Assembly: GCA_951406725.2 (NCBI GenBank)
Contig: OX597843.1
Location: 20,832,001 to 20,896,000, forward strand
Direction: 5' to 3'
Length of the DNA: 64,000 nucleotides
Origin: Octopus vulgaris
Lineage: Eukaryota
The notes under the pieces were generated by a model. The model worked only from the letters and a program-made list of their open reading frames with translations, ran no database searches and was not told the origin of the DNA. Position 1 is the stretch's first letter, and each line of letters begins with the position of its first letter. This document shows positions 26,413 to 39,905 of the stretch, in pieces. The translations under genes and the position numbers were made by a program.

Positions 26413-27072
26413 ATGTTTCTTTATATCTCTCCCCTTAATGTCACTCTCATTATAAAATTGATCAGCGTGTCCAATCTCAGCAAAATCCGAAGAAAAATGG
26501 TAAGGTTATATAATAAAACAGAATCCATGTGACCATTTACACGAAAATATCCCATTGACATTTAAATCTCAGTACATTATATGAATAACAGATGTTTCAT
26601 ACGTCGAATTGCTTCATTTTGCTCACGGTTTAAATTTTCTTCAAAATAAGTTCATTATTTTATTGTGAATGATTTGAGGATTTCCGCCTCTCACTAGTTT
26701 AATTTTAATTCTTCTACATGTCTCCGACATTAAACTTTACCGAAAAGTCAAAGTTCATCAAAATCGGATGAATTCTGTAAAAGTTACTGTATAAAATATT
26801 AATCCTATGGGTGATTGCATGCAAAAAGCCTATTGATTACTTAAAATCTCCCGCTCACGCGCAGATATCGATTCTTTGTCAATTCTTCATGCTGGCATCA
26901 ACTAATACACATGAACTATAATCATGTATAAAATTTCTACAAAATAGATAAGAATGTGTCTAAGAAAATTCTTATTTGCATTTATACCTATTTCAAGCCA
27001 TTTTGAATTAAATAAATACCTTCACCCTCTCCCCCACCAAACATTTACCTACACTTCATATTCCAATAAATT

Positions 27073-30000
27073 CGGATAATAATAAGTTGCTGACCCGCCA
27101 CAGGCCGCCTGCTTCATTGGGTGCTTGGAGCTAAGAGTTTGACTTGAAAAACGGCCTGCAACCTCTGCACCAGACAAACAACTAAAAGACAAGTAACCAC
27201 CAATCCTGCGGTTAGCAAGCTTGAATGTCAGGACCATGTGCCCTGGCATATCTGATGATCTACTCAGGGTTGAAGACACAAGAAAGACAGCCATCATTGA
27301 CCGTGAACTAAAGAGGCTTAACATAGTCATTGCTGGGCTGCAGGAGCCAAGACTTCCCTCAAATGGCAAACTCGAAGAACAGGATTTCTCCTTCTTTTGG
27401 CAGGGAAGCGATCTAGAAGAACCTGGTCAGCATGGCGTTGGCTTTGCAGTGAGAAACTCATTACTCTCCTCAATAGAACCACCATCAGGAGACACTGAGC
27501 GTATCCTCTCACTGCGCCTCTCGACTTCTTCTGGTTCAGTACATCTACTGAGCATCTATGCTCCCACTCTCTATAGCCCAGAGGAGACCAAGGACCAGTT
27601 CTACGAAGATTTCAACTGTGTCATTAAAAATAGAGCAACACATGAAAACATCTACCTTCTAGGAGATTCGTGGCAAATTTGTGTTGGACACCCTGATATT
27701 GGCAACATGAATGACAATGGTCAGAGACTACATGAAATTTGCACATTCCATAACCTGTGCATCACCAACACATTCTTTGCCAGCAAGACATCCCACAAGG
27801 CATCTTGGAGACATCCAAGATCTCACCACAGGCATCAGATGGATCTCATCATTACACGAAGATCCTTTCTGAATTCTGTTCACCTGACCCGTAGTTACCA
27901 CACAGATCACTCACTAATTGGAAGCAGGGTGAGGATCCTGCCTAAAAAAGTCCATGACTCCAAGAACATGGGCCGACCACGCATTAACACTGCCAGAAGC
28001 TCGGATCCTACACAGCGAAAATGTTTTGCTGTTTCTATCAAGGTGCCCTCAGTAGCTGCCCAACCCCCTTTGCTGAAATTAGGTGGAATTATTTTAGAGA
28101 AGCTTTGTATACCTCATCAATAGATACTTTCAGCATGAGAGAAAGTCAAAACCCAGATTTTGTCCAGTGTTGGGCTCTCAGAGCTGGAACCAGTTATCAA
28201 AGCAAAGCGTGCAGCTCTGATGCAATACAAGAGTGATTCTTCTACAAAATCACTCGAAGAACTCAGAAAGGCAAAAAATATAACCCAACTGACAGCCAGA
28301 TGCTGTGCAAATAGGTATTGGCAGGAAATCTGTCAGAGTATCCAGTCAGCTGCTGAGAGTGGCCACACCCGTGGGATGTATGCCGGTTTAAAGAAGGACC
28401 CTCGGTCCATCCGCAACCAAGTCAGCCCCTCTGAAATCAACTACTGGATATCTCATCAAGGACCAAAGCAAGAAAATGGATAGATAGGTGGAGTACTACC
28501 AGGATCTCTATTCATGGGAGACCACGGTAGCTGAGGCTGCAATCGAGAGTGTCAAGATCTTGCCAGTCATGTGAGAACTTCACAGTCCACCATCTATAGC
28601 AGAGCTCACCAAGGCTATTGACTCCCTAGCAAGTAACAAGTCTCCGGGAAAAGACGGCATCCACTCAGAGATCATCAAAGCCGGCAAAAACACCATCCTG
28701 CTTCGGCACCATCATGAGCTTCTGTGTCAGTGCTGGGATGAGGGTACAGTTCCTCAAGATATGCGGGATGCTAACATCATTACGCTTTACAAAAACAAAG
28801 GTGACTGTGGTGATTGTAACAATTATCGTGGAATATCTCTTCTACGCACTGTTGGAAAGACCTTTGCTCACATTATCCTGCCCAGGGTACAACTGCTTGC
28901 TTCTCGAATTCATCCGAAATTGCTGTGTGGCTTTAGAAGGAGCAGATCAACTATTGACATGATATTCTCCATACGCCAACTTCAGGAGAAGTCCAGAGAG
29001 CAGAAAATGCCATTACATATCGCCTTCATTGGTAAGTAGAAAAGGCCTCTTCATCCTGCTCCAAAATATCGGATGTCCACCAAAGCTGCTGAGATTCATC
29101 AAATCTTTCCATGATGATATGCAAGGCACCATACAGCACAATGGTTCAACAACAGCCGCATTCCAAATAAAAACGGAGTAAAGCAAGGTTGTGTCCTTGT
29201 TCCTACATTATTTGGCATCTTCTTCTCGCTGCTGCTCTCACATGCCTTTCAGACATCAGATGATGGAGTGTTTCTGCAGAGTAGAAGTGACGGGAAACTG
29301 TTCAATCTCTCGCGCCTGCGTGGCAAGACCAAAATCAGAAGCGTCCTGCTCAAGGAGATGCTATTTGCTGATGATGCCGCTTTGGTATCACGCACAGAAG
29401 AAGCCCTAGAAAGGCTCATCAACTGTTTTGAGCAGGCATGTAACGACTTTGGATTAGCTATCAGCTTCAAGAAGACCAACATCATGTTTTGGGCTACACC
29501 GGACATCCGAAACATACATATTGGAGACCACAGATTACAGGAGGTGGAGACGTTTACCTATCTTGGCTCTACCGTCACCTACAACCTATCCCTTGATGTT
29601 GAGCTCAATATACGCATTGGCAAAGCAGCTGCTGTGATGGCCAAACTCTCGAAACGAGCATGGGTCAACATTAAGCTGACCAAGAACACAAAAATGAAGA
29701 TTTACCAGGCATGTGTACTTAGCACTCTACTGTATGGAAGTGAGACTTGCACGCTATTCACACGCCAAGACCGTCGCCTAAATAACTTTCACCTGCGCTG
29801 CCTCTGGAAAAGCCTTCGCATCAAATAGCAGAATCATGTCCCCAACAAAGATGTCCTCAAGCAAGCAGGAATACTAAGCATGTTTGGACTCCTCACACAA
29901 AGACTTATGAGATGGCTTGGACATGTTAGCCGTATGGGAGATGGCAGAATCCCCAAGGTCATATTCTACAGAGCGCTTACTAGGTGCACAAGGTCTGCTG

Positions 30001-30379
30001 GTAGACCGTTCTTACGATACAAGGATGTTTGTCAAAGGGACATGAAGGCCTGAAACATTAATATTAGCAACTGGGAAGTAGTTGCCAGCAAACGTGGAGA
30101 TTGGAGACGTTCCGTAAAAGAGGGAATACAAAGGAGTGACAGAGGAAAAGAGGAGAAATGGAAAGACAAGAAAAGACGTCAACAAGAAACTATGACATTA
30201 CAACCAGCCAGGCAAAGTCTTCGCTACATTTGCGGCACCTGCCAGAGTGAGTGTTTGTCCAGGATAGGACTACACAGCCATAGCAGGAAATGTATAGGAC
30301 ATGAAATGTAAAAAGCCGGACTAGATTATTTTATGCGCAACTCCATTGTCTCCCGAGACAAACAAGATGCCAACAACAA
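27073..30379 (+). mobile_element. Near full-length RTE-clade LINE (APE + RT), pseudogenised
   Basis: APE: NVRTM, LQEPR, GVGFAV, YAPT, ITNTFF, SWRHPRS, TDH. RT: NYRGISLL, CGFR..RSTIDMIF, GVKQGCVL, LFADD, YLGS. C-terminal C-x2-C..H motif and (CAA) tail. Confidence 0.95.
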
Positions 30380-30631
30380 TTAAAATTATCAATTTAATAA
30401 CTAAATAAATAAGTTAACATTTTTAATGTCCTAAAGTTGATGAACCAACTATTGTTCTCCTTCATTTTCTTATTTGCTATATATATATATATATATATAT
30501 ATATCATATTATATTAGAGACAAAACCACTATTAGGCAAATCAAACAATGAAAAACTTAAGCCAATACATAAGATTAATTTATATTATTTAAATATATAA
30601 CAAAATTATTAATAAAATATAATTAATTTCA

Positions 30632-30695
30632 CACTACGATCGTTTCATGCCTGCTAACTTCATCATATTTTTGAGTCGCAGTCATTCATCAGGTG
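30632..30695 (-). ncRNA. Type-I hammerhead ribozyme motif (inverted copy)
   Basis: Reverse complement of 31013-31076 with an intact core. Confidence 0.8.
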
Positions 30696-31012
30696 GTTTA
30701 AATATCTAAAATATTATCAATATTTTTAAGATATAAATAATATATATAATATAATATTTTTACTTATAATAAACTCTATTATTAAATATGATTATATCGA
30801 AATCGACTATATTGTTAAATATTAACTTTAATTTATATGGTAGAAAACCCATAATCTGGGTTTTCTACCTTATAAATTAAAGTTAATATTTAACAATATA
30901 GTCGATTTCGATATAATCATATTTCATAATAGAGTTTTTTATAAGTAAAAATATTATATTATATATATTATTTATATCTTAAAAATATTGATAATATTTT
31001 AGATATTTAAAC

Positions 31013-31076
31013 CACCTGATGAATGACTGCGACTCAAAAATTTGAAGAAGTTAGCAGGCATGAAACGATCGTAGTG
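31013..31076 (+). ncRNA. Type-I hammerhead ribozyme motif
   Basis: CAC-CUGAUGA-AUGaCUGC...GCAGgCAU-GAAA-CGAUCG-UA-GUG: canonical core, palindromic stem III, GUA triplet. Confidence 0.8.
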
Positions 31077-31259
31077 TGAAATTAATTATATTTTTTTAAT
31101 AATTTTGTTATATATTTAAATAATAAGTTTTTCATTGTTTGATTTGCCTAATATTGGTTTTGTCTCTAACTTAATATAATATAATATTTTACTATAAAAT
31201 TAGATTCAATCCTAAATCTTGTTTTTCCCTGTAAGTTTGGATTTATTCCCTAATATTTA

Positions 31260-31308
<49 letters not shown>

Positions 31309-31580
31309 ATATATATAAAGTTATATCTTGAGTGACAACAACGCTCAAGATATACAACGGACTGGAAATAGAAGTGCTCTAATGAGCTGTATACCCTTTT
31401 TTTATCTGAGGGGAGGCAATGCGAGCAACAACTACAGGAACATCGCAAAATCCATAGAAACACCAAATACATACAAATCTTCATATACTCATTTATATCT
31501 ATAAAGACCGACATTTAAAAATTTAAAAATTTAGTAATGTATAAATATATCGTATAAAAATATAAATTTTGCATATAACA

Positions 31581-33822
31581 CCTTGAATCTATGGAGTGGC
31601 AACGGCTTGAAATAGGTATTGCAGCCGGATGCACGATATCAGTTATCTTATTCGTGCTAGTCATGGAAATGCTACTCAGATCTACAAACTGTGAGAAAGC
31701 TGTTACTAAGACACCATTAAGGGCTTTTATGGACGACATAACTATATTATCAGAGTGTAGAGAAGAAGCAGAGGGAACGGTAGAGCGGTTGGACGAGCTG
31801 ATTGGATGGGCAAGGATGTAATTCAAAGCCAAAAACTCTCGAAGCGTGGCTTTCTTGAAAGGAAGGCAAGAAGTGAAATTTAGGATAGGAAGTGAAGACA
31901 TACCAACGGTTAAAGAACAACCAGTAAAGAGTCTCGGCAGATGGTATAGAGATTTATTAAATGATAAGAAGCAAGGGCAAGAAACGCACGAGTTAGTAGA
32001 ATAAGGATTAAATGCAATTGACAGAACAACGTTGCCGGGAAAATTCAAATGTTGGATACTGCAATTTGGGCTGTACCCAAGAATAATGAGGCCATTGCAA
32101 ATGTACGAAATAGCCTCAATAGAGCAGAAAGGATGCAACAAAGATGCAGTGTGTTTTTCAGAAAATGGCTTGGTCTGCCGAAACCACTGAATACAACTAC
32201 ATATGGAAAAGCCGTGCTGCAATTAAAAATAACATCAATCGCCGAAGTATAAAGGGCAGGAAAGGCAAGGACAGTAATGATGCTAAGGTATTCAAAAGAT
32301 CAGAGCATCCGGGAAAACCCTCCAAAGGTACGATAAGGGAGGAAATGGAAGGCGGAAGAGGCAGTAAACAGGGTTATTGGAAAACTAAAGCACGCAGATA
32401 TAGTCGGAGCGACGCAAGAATCTACAACCAGCCTAGGGTCGCAAAATTTCAGGCCATTTTGCAAGAGCAGTATAAAAGAGATGAAAGAGGCATTGGTATA
32501 CGAAGTGAGAAAGGAGGAAGAAGAAAGGCGAAATTTACATTTGGTGCGATGCAGTTGAAATGGACAATGCCTGAGATGGCAGGAATATGTGATGAACCGC
32601 AGAATATCATGGAAGGAACTTTAGGCTTGGGAACAAGCAAGAACATCCATCCTGATCAAGTCTACCTCCGACGTTCTACCCTCACCGGCGAACTTAGTCC
32701 GGTGGAACATAAATAAAATTGATGACTGTAGATGCGGAGAGAAAGCGACGGTTAGACATGTTCTGTCAAGTTGCAGACTAGCACTTGAAAGAGATACTTG
32801 GCAGCATAATCAAGTCCTCAGCGTCATAAGCGCAGCACTCAAGGATAAGATCGAGAGGTACAATAGGGGAAAGTACCCAAAAGTAGAAAAGCGCAGGAAA
32901 GTATACTTCCACAGGGAGGGAAAAGGCCTACAAGTAAAGTATACAAGATAGACGAAAGATGGAAGGGATACTGGGAGGTGGCCACGGACTTGGAAAGACA
33001 AGTAGTATTTCCACTAATAAAAGCAACAAAAAGACCGGACTTAGTTCTATGGAACAGAGACCGGGGAATGGGAATTTTACTAGAACTGACAGTACCTTGG
33101 GAAGAGAACATCGGCAATGAAACTAAAGGAGAAGAGGTACGAAAAGCTAATCGAAGAATGCAGAGAACAGGGATGGAATGTCGAATATTATCACCTGGCA
33201 ATGGGGGATAGAGGCTTCATTGAAAAGAAAATGACAACGCTTTTCAAAAGAAGATTTGTTTTTTGTAGCCCCGAGCTGCGTAAACTAATAAGGAGAGTAC
33301 AGGAGGCGGTCGAAAAAGCCAGCTTCTATATATGGCTGAAGCGGGAAGACCGAAAATGGCTTCAAAATCATAAACACGCCGACGGGAAATAACATCAATA
33401 GGTGAGACGAGCTGACTGAATCAGCTTCGCTGACTGACAGGTGATGGTCGTTTAGAAAAAGCGCGGGCTAAAACTACGCGCCTTCACTAGTCAGTTAAGG
33501 TGAGACAGTGTCATGTGACAAGTTGCTGGGTCTATGTGGCAGGTATTTAAAGAGAGAAATTTGACAAGACAGTCAGTCACCGGCTGACACTCGCTGACGA
33601 TACATCGAAGAGGCCAGGGAAAAGAAGAACGAAGACATGTACCCAGCACCAGAGCTGAAGACACCTCCGAAAGGGGGGGGGGGGGGGTCCCGCCACGTCA
33701 AAACTGTAGAGGAGTAGGTGCCGAAACCGGACGTGGTTCCTCCTGATGATGTCTTGAGTTAACTGGATCCTATAAAGGAGCTGTTGGGGTAGCAGACCAC
33801 GAAACACGGTTGTAATTCCTAA
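31581..33822 (+). mobile_element. HERO-like (R2-group, RLE) non-LTR retrotransposon, 5'-truncated, decayed
   Basis: GIAAGCTISVILF, AFMDD, VKSLGRWY, LPGKFKCW, RKWLGLP, CRCG..TVRHVLSSC, WQHNQVL, RPDLVLW..LELTVPWEE, K.KRY. Possible degenerate TSD TATAAATTT(T)G..ATAACA at 31561 and 33823. Confidence 0.85.
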
Positions 33823-33987
33823 GTATAAATTTGTTACAATAACAGAAATAAATAGAATAATAATAAATAAAAATAAAGCATACAATGGCAAATTAAAAGA
33901 CGAATTAAAATTCTAGCGAAATGTACATAGAAGATAATAATTATACAATTTACAAAAATATAAGTTTACAAAGATACAGAGAAGTCC

Positions 33988-34068
33988 CTCTACGGGCCGT
34001 TTCGGAGACGCGCCAATTAATATTAGTCAATTCATATACTAAAAATTGGCACTCCCCTCATCAGGTTA
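33988..34068 (-). ncRNA. Hammerhead motif in the 3' region of the minus-strand PLE
   Basis: Minus strand CUGAUGA-GGGGA..GCCAAUU...AAUUGGC..UCUCC-GAAA-CGGCCCG-UA. Stem I is poor. Confidence 0.55.
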
Positions 34069-35039
34069 TCCTATACATACAACACATAGTAAACGTGAAC
34101 AAATACACAATTACATACCGGCCATATTCAGAAACGAGACATTACGTACTCCCAGAAATTTTTCTCCGATCCTGAATGCTATTTTATATGCATATAATTC
34201 GATCCAGCAGCCATAGTAAATGATATGCACACAGCGCCATCTGGACCATTTCACTTCTGCACTTATTTTATTTTAGTTTTCTTCAATCTTATAAGTTCTC
34301 ACATATATGCAAAGCCACATATTCGGGTTCAAGTCCTTGACACATTTTATACTAATAGCTATTTTTTTCTTTTAATAATTACATTACTTTACTTTTATTT
34401 CATTTACAACTTACTAAATTTAATTCAATTGTTATTGCTTAGCTCTAACTTTTATTGTTATTTCTATATCTAAATTTCTTATAGAACGTCGAGTGGATCT
34501 TATGCGTACACGCCTGTATTGCATCAGTGAACTTATTTAACACTGCGTTGTTGTAATAGTATATGCTTCCCTTATGCATAAACCGCATCTAGTGGACCCA
34601 ATTCTATAAGGGGAGGCATGCGCAAGGATAGCCCATGATATTTTAAATTCAACATTCCTTTCCTTAAGGTCATTAACATGTAATGCCAATGTTGTAGAGT
34701 TCTTATATTTAGGATTGTTGAAAGAGCTCAAGTGGGATCGATACCCCTGCCTAAAGTCTACTGTGCTTCCAATATATATTTTCTCTGGCCTCCTTGAGCC
34801 TCAACACTACATTTATAAACTAAATTTTCCTGGCGACAATTTCCGCTAATCGGACATACTGATGGGCCCCTACAATTACATTTCTTCAACCTGCTACGTG
34901 GTCTCGTATTACTGATCACTCCGAAACCATGCCCCCTCCCAGAACTAGGATCCACCATATCATTTACACCATCGTTTCTACTATTTTCCGGTATATGTAT
35001 TGTTATATGTATATGTATTGTTATTCTTACTATTACCAT

Positions 35040-35254
35040 TTTTTTTTTTTTTTGTACTTGTTTCAGTCATTTGACTGCGGCCATGCCGGAGCACCGCCTT
35101 TTGAGTACAGCAGGGATCACCACCTCCTGCCGGAGCCTCGTGGAGCTTTTAGGTGTTTTCGCTCAATAAACACACACAACGCCCGGTCTGGGAATCGAAA
35201 CCGCGATCCTCCGACCGCAAGTCCGCTGCCCTAACCACTAGGCCATTGCGCCTC
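35040..35254 (-). mobile_element. tRNA-SINE inserted in the PLE
   Basis: Minus strand GGCGCAATGGCCTAGTGGTTAGGGCAGCG (A-box), GGTTTCGATTCC (B-box), and a tail matching the 1343 SINE plus poly-A. Confidence 0.85.
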
Positions 35255-37344
35255 CACATCATTCTTATTTTTATTTTTATTTTTACTAATATTTGTATTA
35301 CCATTTTCAGTACAATTAACACTATTATTACCACCCTGATAATCATTATAATCAATAATATCATCACCAACATCATTATTATGATTATCTATACAATTTG
35401 CATTATTGGTCATTCCAATACGCCCTTCATAATCGATTTCAGAAGACGTACTATTAATATTACTACTATCTTCTATGTCCCTTATGAATTTTCCATTAAA
35501 GCTTCTGTCATCATTTCTATCATTATAGCGCCTTATTTTACTTCTGTTCAACGAAGCAACAATAGATCCGACATTGGGAGTGTCTGAGTAGGCCAAATTG
35601 ATTGTTGACTTGTTACATATTGAATAGTACTTATGGTGTTTTGGGAAATTTTCCTTCAATAACTTTAAAAATAGCTTTGGTAAACCTTTCACCCTTAATG
35701 AAAAGGGAGAGGCAAACCAAGTAACTTGACGAATCCTAGACTTGGTATTAATAATGGGATTACAATATGTTGCTTGACTTGATGTAAGGCCATTGCTGTA
35801 TCTATTAGTAATATTTATATCTTTATTTTTACTACTATTAGTATTATTCTTATTCCTATTTTCACCTTCACTAGACCTAGGCCCAACTTTAAAACTCAAT
35901 TCACATTTATGACTGCTATAATTTGCAACCCCTTCCCTCCCGTTGCTGTTATCATCCATGGTATTTTCATCATTACAATTCTCATAATTAACCTTATTAA
36001 CGTGGTTACCATTTACAAAACCAACCACATCACATTTATTTCCCTTATTTCCAAATCTCATTTTATCAGCATAAATATTGGTCATTATCAGCTTGTTGCG
36101 AGTTCCTTGGGGATCATGAGGGGAGCCTCTGCTATCCGAAATCCGTTTCATATCGTCGCTGACCATGCTGGCCATTTTAATTTTTAATGTTGTATTGTGT
36201 ATGTATTCAATATTATTTGTGAACCCACTCAATTTTAAGGCATTGTTGTATATTGGGGCGTGTTGATTAAAGATGTTTTTCTTCGCCGATAGGTTTGAGA
36301 TTCTGATAGAAATTGCAGTTATAATGCTATTGATGGTTGATTTGGGATGATTTGAGGAAACATTGATACATCGGAAAGTTTGGTTTGGTTTTCGGAAAGG
36401 GTAGTGTAAGCTAGTATTCAGATAGAGAGTGATGTCGAAGAAATCTGCCACTTTTAGAATTATTCTCAAAATCGATGCTCAAATTATAAAAGTCCTTGAG
36501 AGTTTCTCTAAGGTCCTTCTTCATTCTTTCAATCTGAGGCTTAGATATGGAAAAAACCGCTTAAACTTGTCTAACAAAAATAGACCAACAATATCCGTCA
36601 CTTGTGCCGAATCCGATGATCCCATAGTGATGTCGAATAAAATAAAAGAATCCGATTTAGACCAGTGGTGCTTTCCATAATTTATCAGTGTCATTCTTGG
36701 TGCTTGAATAATATCAATATCTAGATTCGATTTTTGAACAAAGTTCCGGGCGAAAATGATTGCTTTATTCAGTAAGATGGGAGAGATCAAGGAGTTGTAA
36801 TTCGAAATATCAAATTGTACAAATGAAGATGAGTCATCACATTTAATTGTGTGAACCCTATATAAAACGTCATTGGTAGATTCCCATAAGGGCAACATCG
36901 TCCTTTCTCTTATCACTGAAATAATTCTATCCAATATGGATTTGCTGATTCTACCCAAGCCAGATTTAGTTGGGCAAATTAATCATATTGACAGTTTGGC
37001 AAGAAAATCTTTTTTATGGTCCTCTAGGGCGCAGTGCGCGGATCGTAAGGTTGCGTGCAGTCAAGGATTCCCAATTCAGAAATTAATTCGTCGTGTCTAT
37101 TATTAATGTCGGCAAGAGCCGATTTCTTGGCGATTTTGTATTTAGCTTGCAGCTCTTTGGATATCAATTTATCCTAAGTTTCATAAGGCACTGAATAAAT
37201 ATTCCCTTTTTTATCAGAAAGAATGTGTAGATTAGGATTTAAATGTTGGGATTTATAGATTTAAATGAGTATATGAAGATTTGTATGATTTTGTGACGCT
37301 CCTGTGGTTGTTGCTCGCATTGCCTCGCCTCGGATTAAAAAGTC

Positions 37345-37387
<43 letters not shown>

Positions 37388-37437
37388 TGCACGCATTTTT
37401 TTCTCTCCTTCTTTCTGTGTTTTTCTCTCTCTGTGTA

Positions 37438-37475
37438 TCTTTCTGTTGAAGAGCGTAGGCTCGAAACGTTAAAGA
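37438..37475 (+). ncRNA. Hammerhead-like motif with non-canonical core
   Basis: UCUUU-CUGUUGAA-GAGC guag GCUC-GAAA-CG-UU-AAAGA. Decayed relatives at ~20955-20992 and ~62412-62450. Confidence 0.4.
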
Positions 37476-37571
37476 CTTGTTTTATTTATATTTCCTGAGC
37501 GCCATACTAATACAATTGTTCGTTTGTTTTCCACCTGCTTTCGTCTTTTGTTTATTTCATAAAGCTTCCTG

Positions 37572-37640
<69 letters not shown>

Positions 37641-37650
37641 TATATGTACA

Positions 37651-37694
<44 letters not shown>

Positions 37695-37724
37695 TATACA
37701 TATATATATACATTGTTATATATC

Positions 37725-38790
37725 GGAATGGTCATTTTGAACGTTTAGCCAATGAAAAACACACGCACTATGTATTTGGTGTTGCTTCCTTCAGGGTTAT
37801 TTATTTTTTTACATTAATCTTAATCTTATTTCAGCCAGAGTTCTTTCGTCACACTCCTGTGACCGCTTCAGCGGTCCTATGTTTTCTTCTTTCTTATTTG
37901 TGTCTCTCCCTAATAACCGTCCATTTTGTATTCCTATTGTATGTCTTCATTTGCGCATACTTATATCTCTATGTGCGTGTTTGTTTATTTAGTGTGTGTG
38001 TGGGGGGATGCATGTAATATTTGTATCTTCTGTTTATATACGTTGATGTAATTTCTTTTTGTTGTTGTTTTTGTTTATTCTTATTTTGTTCATGTGTTCA
38101 CATCTACTTATTATTATCATTACATACGCTTGTATGTAGGTATGTGTGTATAACAAAAATACTAGTAATAATAATAATAAATCGAAAAAAAAATAAAATA
38201 GTTATTTATTTCTCTTTGTTTATTTATCTGTGTATTTATTATGTTTTCGGGATCCTCTACCGTCATATATTGTGGTGTGTACTAGTGTTCCATTCTAGTT
38301 TTCTATTCAGGCTAGGTTTATTTTCTATTATGTGTGTAGCTTCTGTAATTTGTCTGATTGTTGCCTCTGTTCTATGTGTGGACAATATTTTAATTTCTAT
38401 GTTGTTGATGGAACCCCCGTGTTCCTGTTGGTACAGAATCGATGAGCTTTTACCTTCCTTGAGTTGTCTCCAATGACCATTTACCCGCTCTCCTATGCTT
38501 CTTGCTGTTTCCCCTACGTATGTCGTTGTCTTATTACTGCATCGTCCCTCTACACATCTTATACTATAGACACAATTTCTGGCTTTACAGGAGTGTGACA
38601 AAAGAACTCTGGCCGAAATAAGATTACGATTAATGTAAAAAATAAATAACAATGAAGCAAAGTAACACCAAATATATAGTGCGTGTGTTTTTATTGGCTG
38701 AACTGGCAAAATGACCATTCCGAAATATAACAACATTTGTTTCAACACACGACTTCACATAAAAAATCTTGCACAACAAAGATATAAACG
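37725..38790 (-). mobile_element. 5'-truncated PLE: GIY-YIG end, pLTR and inverted partial pLTR
   Basis: NCVYSIRC..C...YVGETARSIGERVNGH...IRQITEATHI...PSLN. 37727-37860 is inverted at 38587-38722. HHR relic at 37835-37874 (-). (TA)n on both sides. Confidence 0.85.
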
Positions 38791-38914
<124 letters not shown>

Positions 38915-38920
38915 CTTACG

Positions 38921-38959
<39 letters not shown>

Positions 38960-39905
38960 GTATCTATGCATATATGAGGAGGCAAAACTATATAAAAATT
39001 TGTTGTTCAGAATGCACCTAAATTTGGATTTTTTAAAAATAACCTTATTTGAATTGTTTTTAAATAACCTTATTTACATACATACCAAACTAGTTGCAAC
39101 AATACTTTTTTTAATAGTAAAAATTTAAAATATTGAACAAGAAAAACATGTTTCAATGTTTACAAGTTTCAGTGATATGAAATATGATTTAAATATTCAT
39201 AACATTCAATACTATAAAAGATGTGGAACATCTTGTTTGAATGCATAAAATTCAAAATATCGATAAAAAATGTGTATCATCAGAGTTTCGGCCATACAGG
39301 GTAAAGAAGGAGAAAAACAAGGGAGCAATTGAGATAGTGGAAAAAGGGAAATCTTTGAGCACAGTCCCTGTGAATCATTTTCCGTCGTGTGCAAGGACTT
39401 TTGCTTGTATCGGCGTTTTTCGGAATTGGATGTATTTACAATTTTTTCCGTGAACCGATCTAATATTTGATTCATTAAGTTACAGGTGACGTCTAATTTT
39501 TCTCGTGGGCAAGGTTGTTGTTCTGCCTGATGGGCTTCCCTGTGGGCATAAGCCATTCCAGTTGGTTGATTCTCTTAAAGCGTCACTTTGTTGTGTTTGC
39601 TCAAGTTCGGTTCTGATCAGAAGTAAAATTTCAATGATTTATGAGACATCGGCAACTGGTGATTATATGGTGTTATTGTATGGCGATTTGGATCTGCTAT
39701 TTCGAAACCCGCGTTGAAGACTGGTACTAAAGATTTTTGAATTTTGTCTGTTGTATCTCGGGTTTTTCTTGTGGAAAAATTGTTTCTTTTTCCTTTTTCT
39801 GTTTAGTGTTTAAACAGAGGTGAATAAGCGAGAATGAATTAAACGATATTCTTTATTCCATAACACTACCATTGAATATTATTCAGGTGTTGTAATTAAT
39901 ATATA

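Larger units (their letters stand above)
30514..31169. repeat. ~650-bp AT-rich foldback (5-nt loop) with a hammerhead in each arm
   Basis: Centre GTAGAAAACCCA-TAATC-TGGGTTTTCTAC. Arms are near-identical apart from a ~26-nt indel; (TA)n on both sides. Confidence 0.95.
33830..37300 (-). mobile_element. Penelope-like element (Neptune/Nematis-type RT + GIY-YIG), decayed
   Basis: LICPTKSGLGRISK, FVQFDI, FDITMGSSDSA, DFFDITL, PFRKPN, SNHP. C-terminal CNCR..CPISGNC..NLVYKC and STTLALHV..ISWAIL..PY..CGLCIRE. Confidence 0.85.

Noticed and set aside
27221-29828. Active RTE LINE or host endonuclease/RT gene
   Set aside because: Multiple frameshifts, stops and motif deletions.
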